Shown: in pieces, positions 8,112 through 18,816 of the stretch
Layout of the letters: the number at the start of each line of letters is the position of its first letter
How positions within the stretch are numbered: position 1 is the first letter of the stretch
Source: Myxococcota bacterium
GTDB taxonomy: Bacteria > Myxococcota_A > SURF-8
DNA length: 64,000 nt
Reading direction: 5' to 3'
Assembly: GCA_965140415.1 (NCBI GenBank)
Contig: OZ223209.1
Span: 2,208,001-2,272,000 of the forward strand
Program-made: the position numbers and the translations under genes
The notes under the pieces: model-generated
Databases searched by the model: none
What the model saw: only the letters and a program-made list of their open reading frames with translations
What the model was told of the DNA's origin: nothing

Positions 8112-10022
8112 ATGCTTCTAACCAAACTTTCCCGATTCGCTGTTGTCCTATGGGCCTTGGGGCTCATATGGGCGGCGGCGGGATGTACGGTGGATGGAAA
8201 CGATGTGCGCTATCCAAAACAGGATTTGCGTATGACCTTCGTTCACACCACCGATTCGCATTCCAAGGTGCTGCCGTTTAAATACATTCCGGTTATGACA
8301 GATGAGAACCTGGGCATCCTGCGTTGCCCCGGCGAGGAACAACTTGCCAACTGCCGGACCTGCTTGCAGTATGAAATCGCGGATCTGGAGGATTCCTCCA
8401 TGAGTCCAACGGTCAGCGAATGCAGCGATTGCATGCAGTTCGTCAAGGACGAAGATGTCTGCCCGGATTGTCTGGCCGGTTCCTATGACAACGAAGCCTG
8501 TTTCGCCTGCATCGATGACGTGCGGATCTCGCAACGTTGCGTGGATTATACCTACGGCGGCGCGGCTCGGGTTGCCTGGGCGATCAACCAGGAACGGGCG
8601 AAAGCCGGGCGCTTCGCTCACGTCGATACCGGGGATTTCTACCAGGGGGCTCCGGTTTTCAACCTGTTTCGAGGAGAAGCGGAAGTCCGTGCCTTGTCGT
8701 TGATGGGTGTGGAAGCTTCGGTCATCGGAAATCATGAGTTCGATGCCGGTGCAGACCGGTTGTCGGAAGTGTTGTACAAATATGCCACTTTCCCGGTTTT
8801 AAACGCGAACTTCATGTGGCAGGCGGCTGATGAACCCGGATCGACCCAGCTTGGGGATCTCGTACAACCCTTCATGATTCGCGATTACAATGGGATTCGC
8901 ATCGGCTATATCGGGCTAGGGAACCTGCGTTCCTTAAATAGCCTTGGCGATGCGGGAAACAGTATGGGCGTTCGCGCCCTGGACACCTTCCAGGTGTTAA
9001 ACGAATACGTTCCGATGATTCGCTCCCAGGTCGATCTGGTCGTGCTTCTTTCTCATCTTGGCGTGAGCGGAGATATGGAGGTCGCAAGCAATATCCCCGG
9101 CATCGATCTGATTTTCGGCGGGCACGACCACGTCGTCATCAATCCTCCGGCGCAGGTGAAAAACCCGGATGGGCGCACGACACTGATCGTTCACTCCGGT
9201 GTCAATTACAAATGTATCGCACGTTTGGATATCACCGTGCGCTACGATGGGGACGGTATCGGCGCTCACATTCTTTCCCACGATTACACCGTGATTCCCA
9301 TTTCGAGTGAAACCGATTCTCTGGGTGAGCCGCTAGTCGGCGAAGATCCCATGGTTTCGAATATGTTGTACGACTACAAATTCGAACTGGATCGCGCTCA
9401 GAATCTGGAATATGAAATCGGCACGGCCACTGCGGATTTCCCTCGCTATGCGCCGGGAGATTCGCCGCTTGGAAACCTGGTCGCTACGGCGATGAGGCAA
9501 CGCCAGCGCATCGAAACCGATTTCTCCGTGACCAATTCCCTGGGTATCCGCGCCGATCTGTACAAGGGACCGATTACGGTTGGAAAGATGTATGAAATCT
9601 TCCCCTTTGAAAACACCGTGACGACCATGTATTTGTCGGCCCCGGAGTTGTATCGATTGTTCGATTACATCGCGGGGCGTACGGCGGCTTACGGTTGCAA
9701 AACCCAGGTGCAGATTTCCGGTGCAAAAACCGTGCTGAACTGTTCGTTGGGACGGGTGAAGGAACTGAGCATCAACAACATCAAGATCGTCGATTGCTAC
9801 AAGCTGGTGGAGAAGTCTGCGGTCTTCAGTATGGCGACCAATGACTATATCGCCAACGGCGGTTCCGGTTTCGACATTCTGGAGCAGAATACCACCAAAA
9901 TGGACACCATGTTGTCCCTGCGTGACGTGGTGCTGGATTACATCGAGCAAGAACAGGAAATTTCGCCCATCGAGGATGGACGAATTACTCTGATCAAAGA
10001 GGAGACGGAAACGTGCGACTAA
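8112..10022 (+). CDS. Bifunctional metallophosphatase/5'-nucleotidase family lipoprotein
   Basis: Lipobox AAGC; HTTDSH, DTGD, GNHEFD, LLSHLG, GGHDH; C-terminal NSLGIR, IFPFEN, TNDYIANGGSGF. Confidence 0.9.
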   Translation: MLLTKLSRFAVVLWALGLIWAAAGCTVDGNDVRYPKQDLRMTFVHTTDSHSKVLPFKYIPVMTDENLGILRCPGEEQLANCRTCLQYEIADLEDSSMSPTVSECSDCMQFVKDEDVCPDCLAGSYDNEACFACIDDVRISQRCVDYTYGGAARVAWAINQERAKAGRFAHVDTGDFYQGAPVFNLFRGEAEVRALSLMGVEASVIGNHEFDAGADRLSEVLYKYATFPVLNANFMWQAADEPGSTQLGDLVQPFMIRDYNGIRIGYIGLGNLRSLNSLGDAGNSMGVRALDTFQVLNEYVPMIRSQVDLVVLLSHLGVSGDMEVASNIPGIDLIFGGHDHVVINPPAQVKNPDGRTTLIVHSGVNYKCIARLDITVRYDGDGIGAHILSHDYTVIPISSETDSLGEPLVGEDPMVSNMLYDYKFELDRAQNLEYEIGTATADFPRYAPGDSPLGNLVATAMRQRQRIETDFSVTNSLGIRADLYKGPITVGKMYEIFPFENTVTTMYLSAPELYRLFDYIAGRTAAYGCKTQVQISGAKTVLNCSLGRVKELSINNIKIVDCYKLVEKSAVFSMATNDYIANGGSGFDILEQNTTKMDTMLSLRDVVLDYIEQEQEISPIEDGRITLIKEETETCD

Positions 10023-11137
10023 GCGCGCTACTATTAAGTGCTCTTCTGCTTATGGCCTTATTCGGCTGTGAGAAGGGAGAGCAACTGCAAATCGAGAGCG
10101 GCGTGACCAGCCTACGGGTGACGCTGTTAAGTGATTCCGGTTCCAGCGAGCAGCCTTTGGATGCCACCGATGGCTTGACGTTGAACGTAAAAGTAGAAGC
10201 CCTGGACAATACCGGAGCGGTTGTCCCGAGTTACGATGGGGTTTTGAGATTCGACGCAAAACCGGGATTTATCGGACGCAACGGCTGGGAAGAACTGGAA
10301 GTCACTTCGGGAGATACCGTCTCCCTGGCGTTTAAGCGGGGCTTTGGGGCCGCACGCATTCAGGCTGTGGATGCAGAGCGCCAGTTGGTGGGGGTTTCGG
10401 AAACCTTTTATCTTCCAGAGCCGACGATTTCCACCATTCAGAGCACCGTTGGCGATATCGACGGCTCCCCTTGGGGCGGCTCGTTTCTGCGCATCGAAAG
10501 CGGGCGTATCGTCGTAACCCACAAAACCATCGGTGGGTTTTACGCAACGGATGTCTCCGATGACTCTTACAACCATATCTATGTATACACGCACGGGATA
10601 CCTTCGCTGGAGCGAGGGGACGTCTTAAGCTGGGTCAGCGGAACGGTCAGCGAATTCTACGGCTTGACTGAATTGGCGTTTCCCGAATACGAAATCGAAT
10701 GCAGTTATTATCCCGTGCCTGAACCGATTGCAATTACCGCGGATATGATGTCCGGTACCAGCTTCGACCGAAATAAAATGGAAGATCTGGAAGCCGGTTT
10801 GGTCGTTCTGGAAAACGCGCGCGTGCGTAACGTCGATGCGGTGGACTTTTTCACCTATGGGCAGTGGGTGGCGCATACCGCAGATGGTGTGGCCATCACG
10901 GTGCTGTCTCGCGAGGCGTTGCCGTCTTTCGATCCCTCGCTTTGCCTAGAAGGCACCTCGTTTACGCGCATCGTGGGAAATCTTCGCCAGCACTGGGCAG
11001 CGGATACGGACTGGATCGTCGTGCCGCGCGATCCCTGCGACGTGCAGACCGAATCGACGAAGGAAGCCTGTGTGCTGACACCGCCGGATTATTGCACGGT
11101 CCCGACACCGGAAACGACCTGTACTTTCGAAGATTGA
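10013..11137 (+). CDS. Lipoprotein with OB-fold-like module related to those of the giant protein
   Basis: GTG start overlapping upstream gene, lipobox LFGC; PTISTIQ...GFYATD...GTVSEFYGLTEL...EDLEAGLV...VPRD. Confidence 0.65.
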   Translation: MRLSALLLSALLLMALFGCEKGEQLQIESGVTSLRVTLLSDSGSSEQPLDATDGLTLNVKVEALDNTGAVVPSYDGVLRFDAKPGFIGRNGWEELEVTSGDTVSLAFKRGFGAARIQAVDAERQLVGVSETFYLPEPTISTIQSTVGDIDGSPWGGSFLRIESGRIVVTHKTIGGFYATDVSDDSYNHIYVYTHGIPSLERGDVLSWVSGTVSEFYGLTELAFPEYEIECSYYPVPEPIAITADMMSGTSFDRNKMEDLEAGLVVLENARVRNVDAVDFFTYGQWVAHTADGVAITVLSREALPSFDPSLCLEGTSFTRIVGNLRQHWAADTDWIVVPRDPCDVQTESTKEACVLTPPDYCTVPTPETTCTFED

Positions 11138-11187
11138 TGAAAGCTTGAGACTATTGAAAACGATCAACTGGAATCGCTAACCTAAAA

Positions 11188-13056
11188 ATGGAAAAGATTA
11201 TGATGACTTGGTTCAAACCCTTTTTGGTAACGATGCTTCTTTTACTTGCTTTCCCGCTTATGTCGTATGCACAGAGCGATCAGGAAGCAGTGCAAGGCAG
11301 CGTGGGGCAGCCTGATGCCGCAACGAGTAGCGCGCCCTCTGATACGACGGCAACCGAGCCTGCGGTTGAAAATGAGGCTCCTGCGGCTACGACGACGGAA
11401 ACGGAAAAGGCAGAAGTCGAACCGGCAGCCGCTGAACCGGCAGAGGTCGAACAGGCAAATGCTGTTACCGAGCAACCGGATGAAGCCGAGAAAGCTTTAG
11501 CCGATACGCTGGCAGATGCCGAAGAGGCGAAAACGAACTCGGAAACTCCCAAGGCTCCCGGTTTCGACTGGCGGGAATTCATCGATACCAAGCTGAGCAT
11601 CTCCTACGCGGATGACAACATGTTGGAAAACAACGAGTTCTCGCCATCGTTCGGTATCGGGCAGCAAAACACCAGCGATTTTACCGGCAACACCGGTGAA
11701 TTGCAGCCCAACGAGATCAACCATACCCATCTGGTTGTCCATCACAAAGGCGAAGGTTATCTGCCGGGGATCATGACCGAAGCGGCGATGGTGCTGAAAC
11801 TGAGCGTCACCACCGATCCTACCACCGGTAGTGCGGATACGGGTATTTCCGATGACGGCAGCTTTTTGCGTTTCGGTTATATTTTCAAACAGGGCACCGA
11901 TGAAGAAATGATGCTCGACGTCACCGGTTTTCCCTTCGATGCCGAACGCTTTTTGCTGGGATTCCATTACGACTTGAGCTGGGGTGGTGAGGCGTCCTTC
12001 CCGCAGAATTCCGATTCCGTGCCGGGAGTTCGCCTGGGATTCACCCATCCCCGTTTTTACTTCTTCGCCGGGATGAAAACGCACCTGCAACCCAAGAAAG
12101 ACAAGCTCAACACCGAACGTGTTCCCACCGAGCGGGTCTATGCCGGTTTGTTCGGTGCGGGCGTCACGTTGTACGACGGATTGATGCTGGAAGCCAATGG
12201 CGGCGTTTTCGAAAAGGGCGACAACCCCAACATGCCGGAAGTCACCGGCGAAGGCGGTCGCGACGACATCCTGTCGGGCGGCATTTCCACGCGCCTGTCC
12301 TATTCGTATGGAATTCCGATCGGGGATCGCATGGATCTGCGCCTGTATCAGAACGATCCGCGCAAGATGCTGGATCTGGTGCGCAACGACGAATACGAAC
12401 CGGGTCGCTTTTCCGCCATGGTTTCGGCGGAGTACGCTTTCCTGACACAGAACCTGCAAGATCCCGACAAGCCCGATGGCACCAAGGCGTTTAATGCCAT
12501 GGCCGCGCATGTCGGATTGAAACTGAAATACGATTATCTGCGTATCCATTTGGAAGGCGCTTATCGAAGCCTGGAATTTTTGCTGTTCAACACTCCCGGC
12601 TATGTTCCTTTCCAGGCCTTTCCCGACTCGGCTAAAACACGCCCGGAACTGTACGGTGTGATTTCATTGGATTATTACATCAAGCAAGCTTACCTGACCT
12701 TGGGATTGACGGCGGGCTACAAGATCCCGGCGACCTATCAAGGGGATGACGGTGTGCCGATTTCGGTCGTAAAACGTCCGACTGCAACGACGGCCTACAT
12801 TTCGCCCTTTAACCGCGCGATCGAAATCCTTCCCGACGGCAAAGATGCCTTTGATATCATCGAAGCCAAATTCGACGCCGAATTCGATTTGTCCGATTTC
12901 ATGACCTTCCTGCTGGAAGTCAGTTACACCCTGGATAACAACCGCGTCAAGCTGGCGACCTCGCCCAATAACAGCGAAACACTGTATAAGAAATTCGAGG
13001 ACGACAACGTTACCAATCGCCTGGGGCTGGCGATTGTCGTGCAGGCGGCGTTCTAG
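11188..13056 (+). CDS. Probable outer-membrane beta-barrel protein with acidic disordered N-terminus
   Basis: Signal peptide SYA-Q, alternating amphipathic strands, C-terminal LGLAIVVQAAF (terminal Phe). Confidence 0.6.
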   Translation: MEKIMMTWFKPFLVTMLLLLAFPLMSYAQSDQEAVQGSVGQPDAATSSAPSDTTATEPAVENEAPAATTTETEKAEVEPAAAEPAEVEQANAVTEQPDEAEKALADTLADAEEAKTNSETPKAPGFDWREFIDTKLSISYADDNMLENNEFSPSFGIGQQNTSDFTGNTGELQPNEINHTHLVVHHKGEGYLPGIMTEAAMVLKLSVTTDPTTGSADTGISDDGSFLRFGYIFKQGTDEEMMLDVTGFPFDAERFLLGFHYDLSWGGEASFPQNSDSVPGVRLGFTHPRFYFFAGMKTHLQPKKDKLNTERVPTERVYAGLFGAGVTLYDGLMLEANGGVFEKGDNPNMPEVTGEGGRDDILSGGISTRLSYSYGIPIGDRMDLRLYQNDPRKMLDLVRNDEYEPGRFSAMVSAEYAFLTQNLQDPDKPDGTKAFNAMAAHVGLKLKYDYLRIHLEGAYRSLEFLLFNTPGYVPFQAFPDSAKTRPELYGVISLDYYIKQAYLTLGLTAGYKIPATYQGDDGVPISVVKRPTATTAYISPFNRAIEILPDGKDAFDIIEAKFDAEFDLSDFMTFLLEVSYTLDNNRVKLATSPNNSETLYKKFEDDNVTNRLGLAIVVQAAF

Positions 13057-13082
13057 GTTGTTCCTTGTTGTTTCGTTTTCAT

Positions 13083-13110
13083 GCGCCGGTTCATTCCGGC
13101 GTTTTTTCTT
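13083..13110 (+). terminator. Rho-independent terminator of the surface operon
   Basis: CGCCGG-ttcatt-CCGGCG followed by TTTTTTCTT. Confidence 0.7.
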
Positions 13111-13141
13111 TGTGTGTTGATGTGGCATAGGATGATTCGAC

Positions 13142-13228
13142 GGGTGGCATTGGACAAGAGAAGAGAAACGGAGCTTGCCCATGGGGCTCTTGAACACGGG
13201 CAAGCCTGCGGCTTAGCCCGCGCCACCC
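13142..13228. repeat. REP/REPIN-like inverted-repeat element flanked by a 15-bp direct repeat
   Basis: Termini GGGTGGC...GCCACCC, inner GCTTGCCC/GGGCAAGC; TGGCATAGGATGATT at 13123-13137 and 13268-13282. Confidence 0.5.
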
Positions 13229-13352
13229 TGAAATCGGACAAGTTTGCAACTGCTTGTGATGCATCCATGGCATAGGATGATTATTAGCTCTGCTTGTGGC
13301 TTTTGTAACCTCATGATACTATTAATCACGATTTAGGGTTTTCCAGAATGGG

Positions 13353-14561
13353 GTGATCGGCATGGTGGTGGTGCGCCATAATATCAATTTCGGTTTGCAG
13401 GAAATTAGGGCGATTGCACATGATCTGCTGCGCTCGGATGTCTGCTTCGGGGAACACGTTGTTGCTTTTGAGGAGGAGTTCGCGGCCTATCACGGTGTGG
13501 CATATGCCCGCAGTTTCGGATCCTGCCGCTCGGCCTTGTACACAGTGCTTCAATCGCTGGATTTAGCTGCCGGTGCGGAAGTCGTGGTGCCTGCCTACAG
13601 TTTTTACATCGTTCCGGATATCGTTCGCGCCGCCGGATATGTGCCGGTTTTTGCGGAGAATCATCCTCGAACCTATGCGATGGACCCCGAGAAACTAGAG
13701 GATGTCATTACCGAGAAAACCGCCGCGATAATCGTGGAGCATCCTTTCGGGCAACCCGCTCCCATGCGTGAATTGGCCGAGATCGCTGCGCGTCACGATC
13801 TGCGCCTGATCGAGGATTTCTCCCAGTCGATCGGGGCGGAACTGGCGGGGAAGAAAGTCGGTTCGTTTGCCGACGCCGCCGTGGCCAGTATGGTGCATGG
13901 AAAAAACCTGACGACTTTGGGTGGCGGCATGGCCATCACGGATCGTGCAGAACTTGCTGACAACTGGGAGAAAAGCTATGCGGCTAATACTTCCCCCTCG
14001 CAATCGACTGAAGTGCGTAAGAACGCGCTTTCCGGGCTTTTAAACACCTTTCTTAGTACTCGCCTCGGCTTCACTCTCGGTCCGATGGCTCCGTTCTATC
14101 TGTTGAATCTTGTCGACAGGGGAAAACTGGAGGCGATCTTTACCGAACAACCACAGCCATTCAATCCTGAGCATATCGGGAGACTGTCGAACTTGCAGGC
14201 GCATCTGGGTCGCATTCAGTTGCAGCGGCTAGATAGTCTCAATGAAATTCGTCGTGGACATGCTCTGCGGATCATGCATGGACTGGAAAATGTGGCTGGA
14301 ATCGAACTGCCGGAAGTCGTTTCGGATGGCGTGGGAACCTTCAACGCACTGCCGTTGCGCGTTTTCGATGCGCTGGCTTTTCAACGAAAGCTGCTGATTC
14401 ACGGTGTGGATACGCGCGCCGATTACATGACATTGTATGCCTACGAAAAGGCTTGGAATTGGCACGGTGAGGTGCTGTATCTGCCTTGTCATCCGGGTAT
14501 GACGGACAATGATGTGGACCGTGTGATTCGCATGGTTCGCGCTGTGGCTGTACATTCATGA
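13353..14561 (+). CDS. DegT/DnrJ/EryC1/StrS family PLP-dependent aminotransferase
   Basis: FEEEFAAY, EVVVPAYSF, HPFGQPA, LIEDFSQSIGA, catalytic-Lys region GKNLTTLGGG, LPCHPGM. Confidence 0.85.
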   Translation: MIGMVVVRHNINFGLQEIRAIAHDLLRSDVCFGEHVVAFEEEFAAYHGVAYARSFGSCRSALYTVLQSLDLAAGAEVVVPAYSFYIVPDIVRAAGYVPVFAENHPRTYAMDPEKLEDVITEKTAAIIVEHPFGQPAPMRELAEIAARHDLRLIEDFSQSIGAELAGKKVGSFADAAVASMVHGKNLTTLGGGMAITDRAELADNWEKSYAANTSPSQSTEVRKNALSGLLNTFLSTRLGFTLGPMAPFYLLNLVDRGKLEAIFTEQPQPFNPEHIGRLSNLQAHLGRIQLQRLDSLNEIRRGHALRIMHGLENVAGIELPEVVSDGVGTFNALPLRVFDALAFQRKLLIHGVDTRADYMTLYAYEKAWNWHGEVLYLPCHPGMTDNDVDRVIRMVRAVAVHS

Positions 14562-15579
14562 GCGAGCGGACTTCCTCAAAAAGCTCTATGGTGCTTCGTG
14601 TTGCATTCGCAATCCTGCTTGCCGTGTCGCTGGGATGGATTTCCTTACGAAATGTGAAACTCGATTCGTTTCTTCACGCGCTGAGTGACGTGCATGGCGG
14701 CGTGCTGCTGTGTGGCGTGTTGTTCTATGGAGCCGCACTGTACGTTCGTGGCGTTCGCATGCGCATTCTAAGTGGCGGACTGGCAGTGATTTCCTGCTGG
14801 CAGTGGTTTCGTTACACGATGATCGGCATGATGCTGGACAACCTGCTGCCCGCCCATCTCGGGGAAGTGTATCGCGGCTATCTTGCGTGTTCACGGGGGA
14901 AAGTCGCGATCGGTTCCGTGTTGTCGCTTCTGTTTGTAGAGCGCGTCTTCGACGGACTAGTATTGCTCGCATTCTTGTCGGCAGGGTTGATGCTCATTCC
15001 GGCGGAAAATCCCTGGGTGTTGCATCTGCACACCGTATCGCTTGTAGTATTTGGATGTTGCTTGGCTGTGATGATGGTTTTAACGGCCTGGCCGGAGTTG
15101 TGGCGGCGTTTATTGGCATTGCTGGCGCAGCGGCTACCCGCTTCGGTTTCTGAAATCACATGGTATCAGGGCGCTGATGCCTTACAGGCGCTTGGCCAGT
15201 TGCGTTCCATGCGCGTCCTGCTTGGGTCGGCACTGACCAGCTTGTTGCATTGGGCGTTGGAAGCCTGCTTTTACTGGATGCTCTTTCGGGCGTTCGGCAT
15301 CCAGGCGCAATTTCATTGGGGAGTATTGGCGGTTGCTGTAGTGTCACTGGCGACGGCCTTGCCTACGCTTCCCGCCAGTGTGGGCGTATACCACTTTGCC
15401 CTGGTGACGAGTTTGATGCTTTGCGGTGTGGAGACGAGTACCGCATTGGCGGTGGCCGTACTCGGTCATTTATTGGAGCAGGGAATCGAAAACGGGTTGG
15501 GGCTGGCGTTCTGGTTGCAGTCGCGCCGTTCCTTTCCACGCTGGGGAGAAATTAAGGAAGTTTTAAAGAATTCTCAGTA

Positions 15580-15598
<19 letters not shown>
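14558..15598 (+). CDS. UPF0104/lysylphosphatidylglycerol-synthase TM (flippase-like) membrane protein
   Basis: NLLPAHLGEVYR, ERVFD, PASVGVYH; about 8 TM helices; ATGA overlap. Confidence 0.8.
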
Positions 15599-16924
<1,326 letters not shown>

Positions 16925-16953
<29 letters not shown>

Positions 16954-18727
16954 GTTTCAATCCGTTGATTGGTAGACTGACGATAAAATCGGACCCTTTT
17001 CCCGGAGAGGAATTCACGATGATGTCGCCGTGATGCGCTTTGATCAATCCGTGAACGACCGATAAGCCCAGGCCCGTTCCCTGGTCGATGTCCTTGGTCG
17101 TGAAAAAGGGGAGAAAAATCTGTTTCTTGACGTCTTCACTCATCCCTTCGCCCGTATCGGCAACGCTCAGAATCAGGTTGTTTTCCTGCTTGAACGTTCG
17201 AATGGTCAGTGTGCCGCCCTGCGGCATGGCGTGCGATGCATTGACGATCAGGTTGATCAGAATTTGCCGCAGTTGAGATTCGTCCGCCTGAATGATCGGC
17301 AAACCCTGTTGCAACTCCGTCAGCAGGGTGATGTTTTCCTTTTGGAAACGGGGACGAAAGAAGCTGATCACCTCCCCGATAATTCGGTTGATGTGAATGT
17401 CGTGCCGATCCGGTGGAATCTGCTTGGCGAAGAAGAGCAGTTTCCGAACGATATCGCGGGCGTGCAGGGCCGAGCCTTCGATGCGATTCAAATCGCCAAT
17501 AACCTGAGTTGGCAGATTCGGATTTTCTTTGGCCAATTGAGAGAACCCCAGTACGGCGGTTAGCGGTTCGTTCAGTTCGTGAGCGACTCCGGCGGCAAGT
17601 TGGCCGATGGTCGCCAGGCGATCTGCATGTCGAAGCTGTTCCTGCAATTGGGTTTGCAGTTTTCGTGCATGACGCCGTTCGATGATCAGGGAGATTTCGT
17701 GGACCACCGAATCCAGCAGTTTGCGCTCTTCAAGCAGAAACGGACCTTCATCCAGTTCCGGTCTTTCTTCCAATAGGCAGACTTCCACATGACCGCGAAC
17801 CTGGGAACCGACTCGGATTTCCGCTGTCTGCATGAACTCGTTTTGCTGAAAACCTTCCGTCTGGAAGATCATTTCATCGAAGGTGATTCTGGCGGCAGTG
17901 ATGTCCGGATACAAATAGGCTTGAGGCAATAACTCTACCAGGTGTTTCAGCAGATCTTTAATCGGCATGTCCGGTTGGGAAGTCAGAGATGCGATATTGT
18001 ACATGCAGGTCAGCTCTTTGACTCGCTCGCGCAGATCGAATTGCGAGAGATTGTGCAACAGAGCCGTTTCCAGCGTCATGACCAGATATTCAAACAGGTC
18101 GACGGTCGCCGAATCGAGCACATCCGCTTTCTCATCGCTCAATATCAGTAAACCGCATGGTTGGCTGTTGATAATGATTGGAAAAACTGCCAGAAACAAG
18201 GGGCGCTTTTTCGTTTTCTTCTCTGATGACTCTATAAGACTGTCGTGATTTCGATAGCTGCCGAAATCGCTGAAGGCGTTGTCTTCCGGTGAGAAACTTT
18301 GTTCCAGCACTTTTTTCAGGATAGTCGCTTCGATGTCGGTTTCGACCAGGTCAATCAATGCCGTTACGATATCTCCCTGCAAGCGAGAGGCCGTAGCGAC
18401 TGGCACTTTGGGAGTATCCGAATTGTGCAGACAGTGAAAGATCTTGTTTTGTTCTAAAAAGACGGTTTCCACTTGATGGCAGCGGGTGAAAGAAATAAGC
18501 AGGTCATTGATTTCACGGAGGAAGTCGAGCGTTAAGGTGCCGTTGTCCGATAGGCGAAGAATTCGACCGGCAAGCAGCCGCAGCGTTTCGCGATTGTAGG
18601 GTGGAATCGAATTGGTTGTCGATGTTTTGGGCATGTCCTCGTTTTCCATTCGTATCCGTTTTACAATCGACCATTCAAACCGGATCGGCATGGTAACGCA
18701 TTCTACCATGAATGCAAGCTTCTTCAA
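16925..18727 (-). CDS. Cytoplasmic sensor histidine kinase with GAF-like N-terminus (start probably 18649 or 18634)
   Basis: H box AHELNEP, N box NLIVNA, DTGEG, FFTTK, GTGLGL; no obvious TM helix. Confidence 0.9.
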
Positions 18728-18754
18728 ACGCTTGGATCAAGATGTAGAAACGCG

Positions 18755-18782
18755 GAAGGGCCGCACGCGGGTGCGGCCCTCC
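18755..18782 (-). terminator. GC-rich hairpin after gdh (terminator or mRNA stabiliser)
   Basis: AGGGCCGCAC-gcgg-GTGCGGCCCT; weak U tract. Confidence 0.5.
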
Positions 18783-18816
18783 TTCAAGGAACCATGTCGG
18801 CTCTATCACACACCGT

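Noticed and set aside
8325-8540. Multiheme cytochrome motifs
   Set aside because: CxxC motifs lack the following His
13123-13137. TGGCAT-starting repeat as a sigma-54 promoter
   Set aside because: No GC at the -12 position
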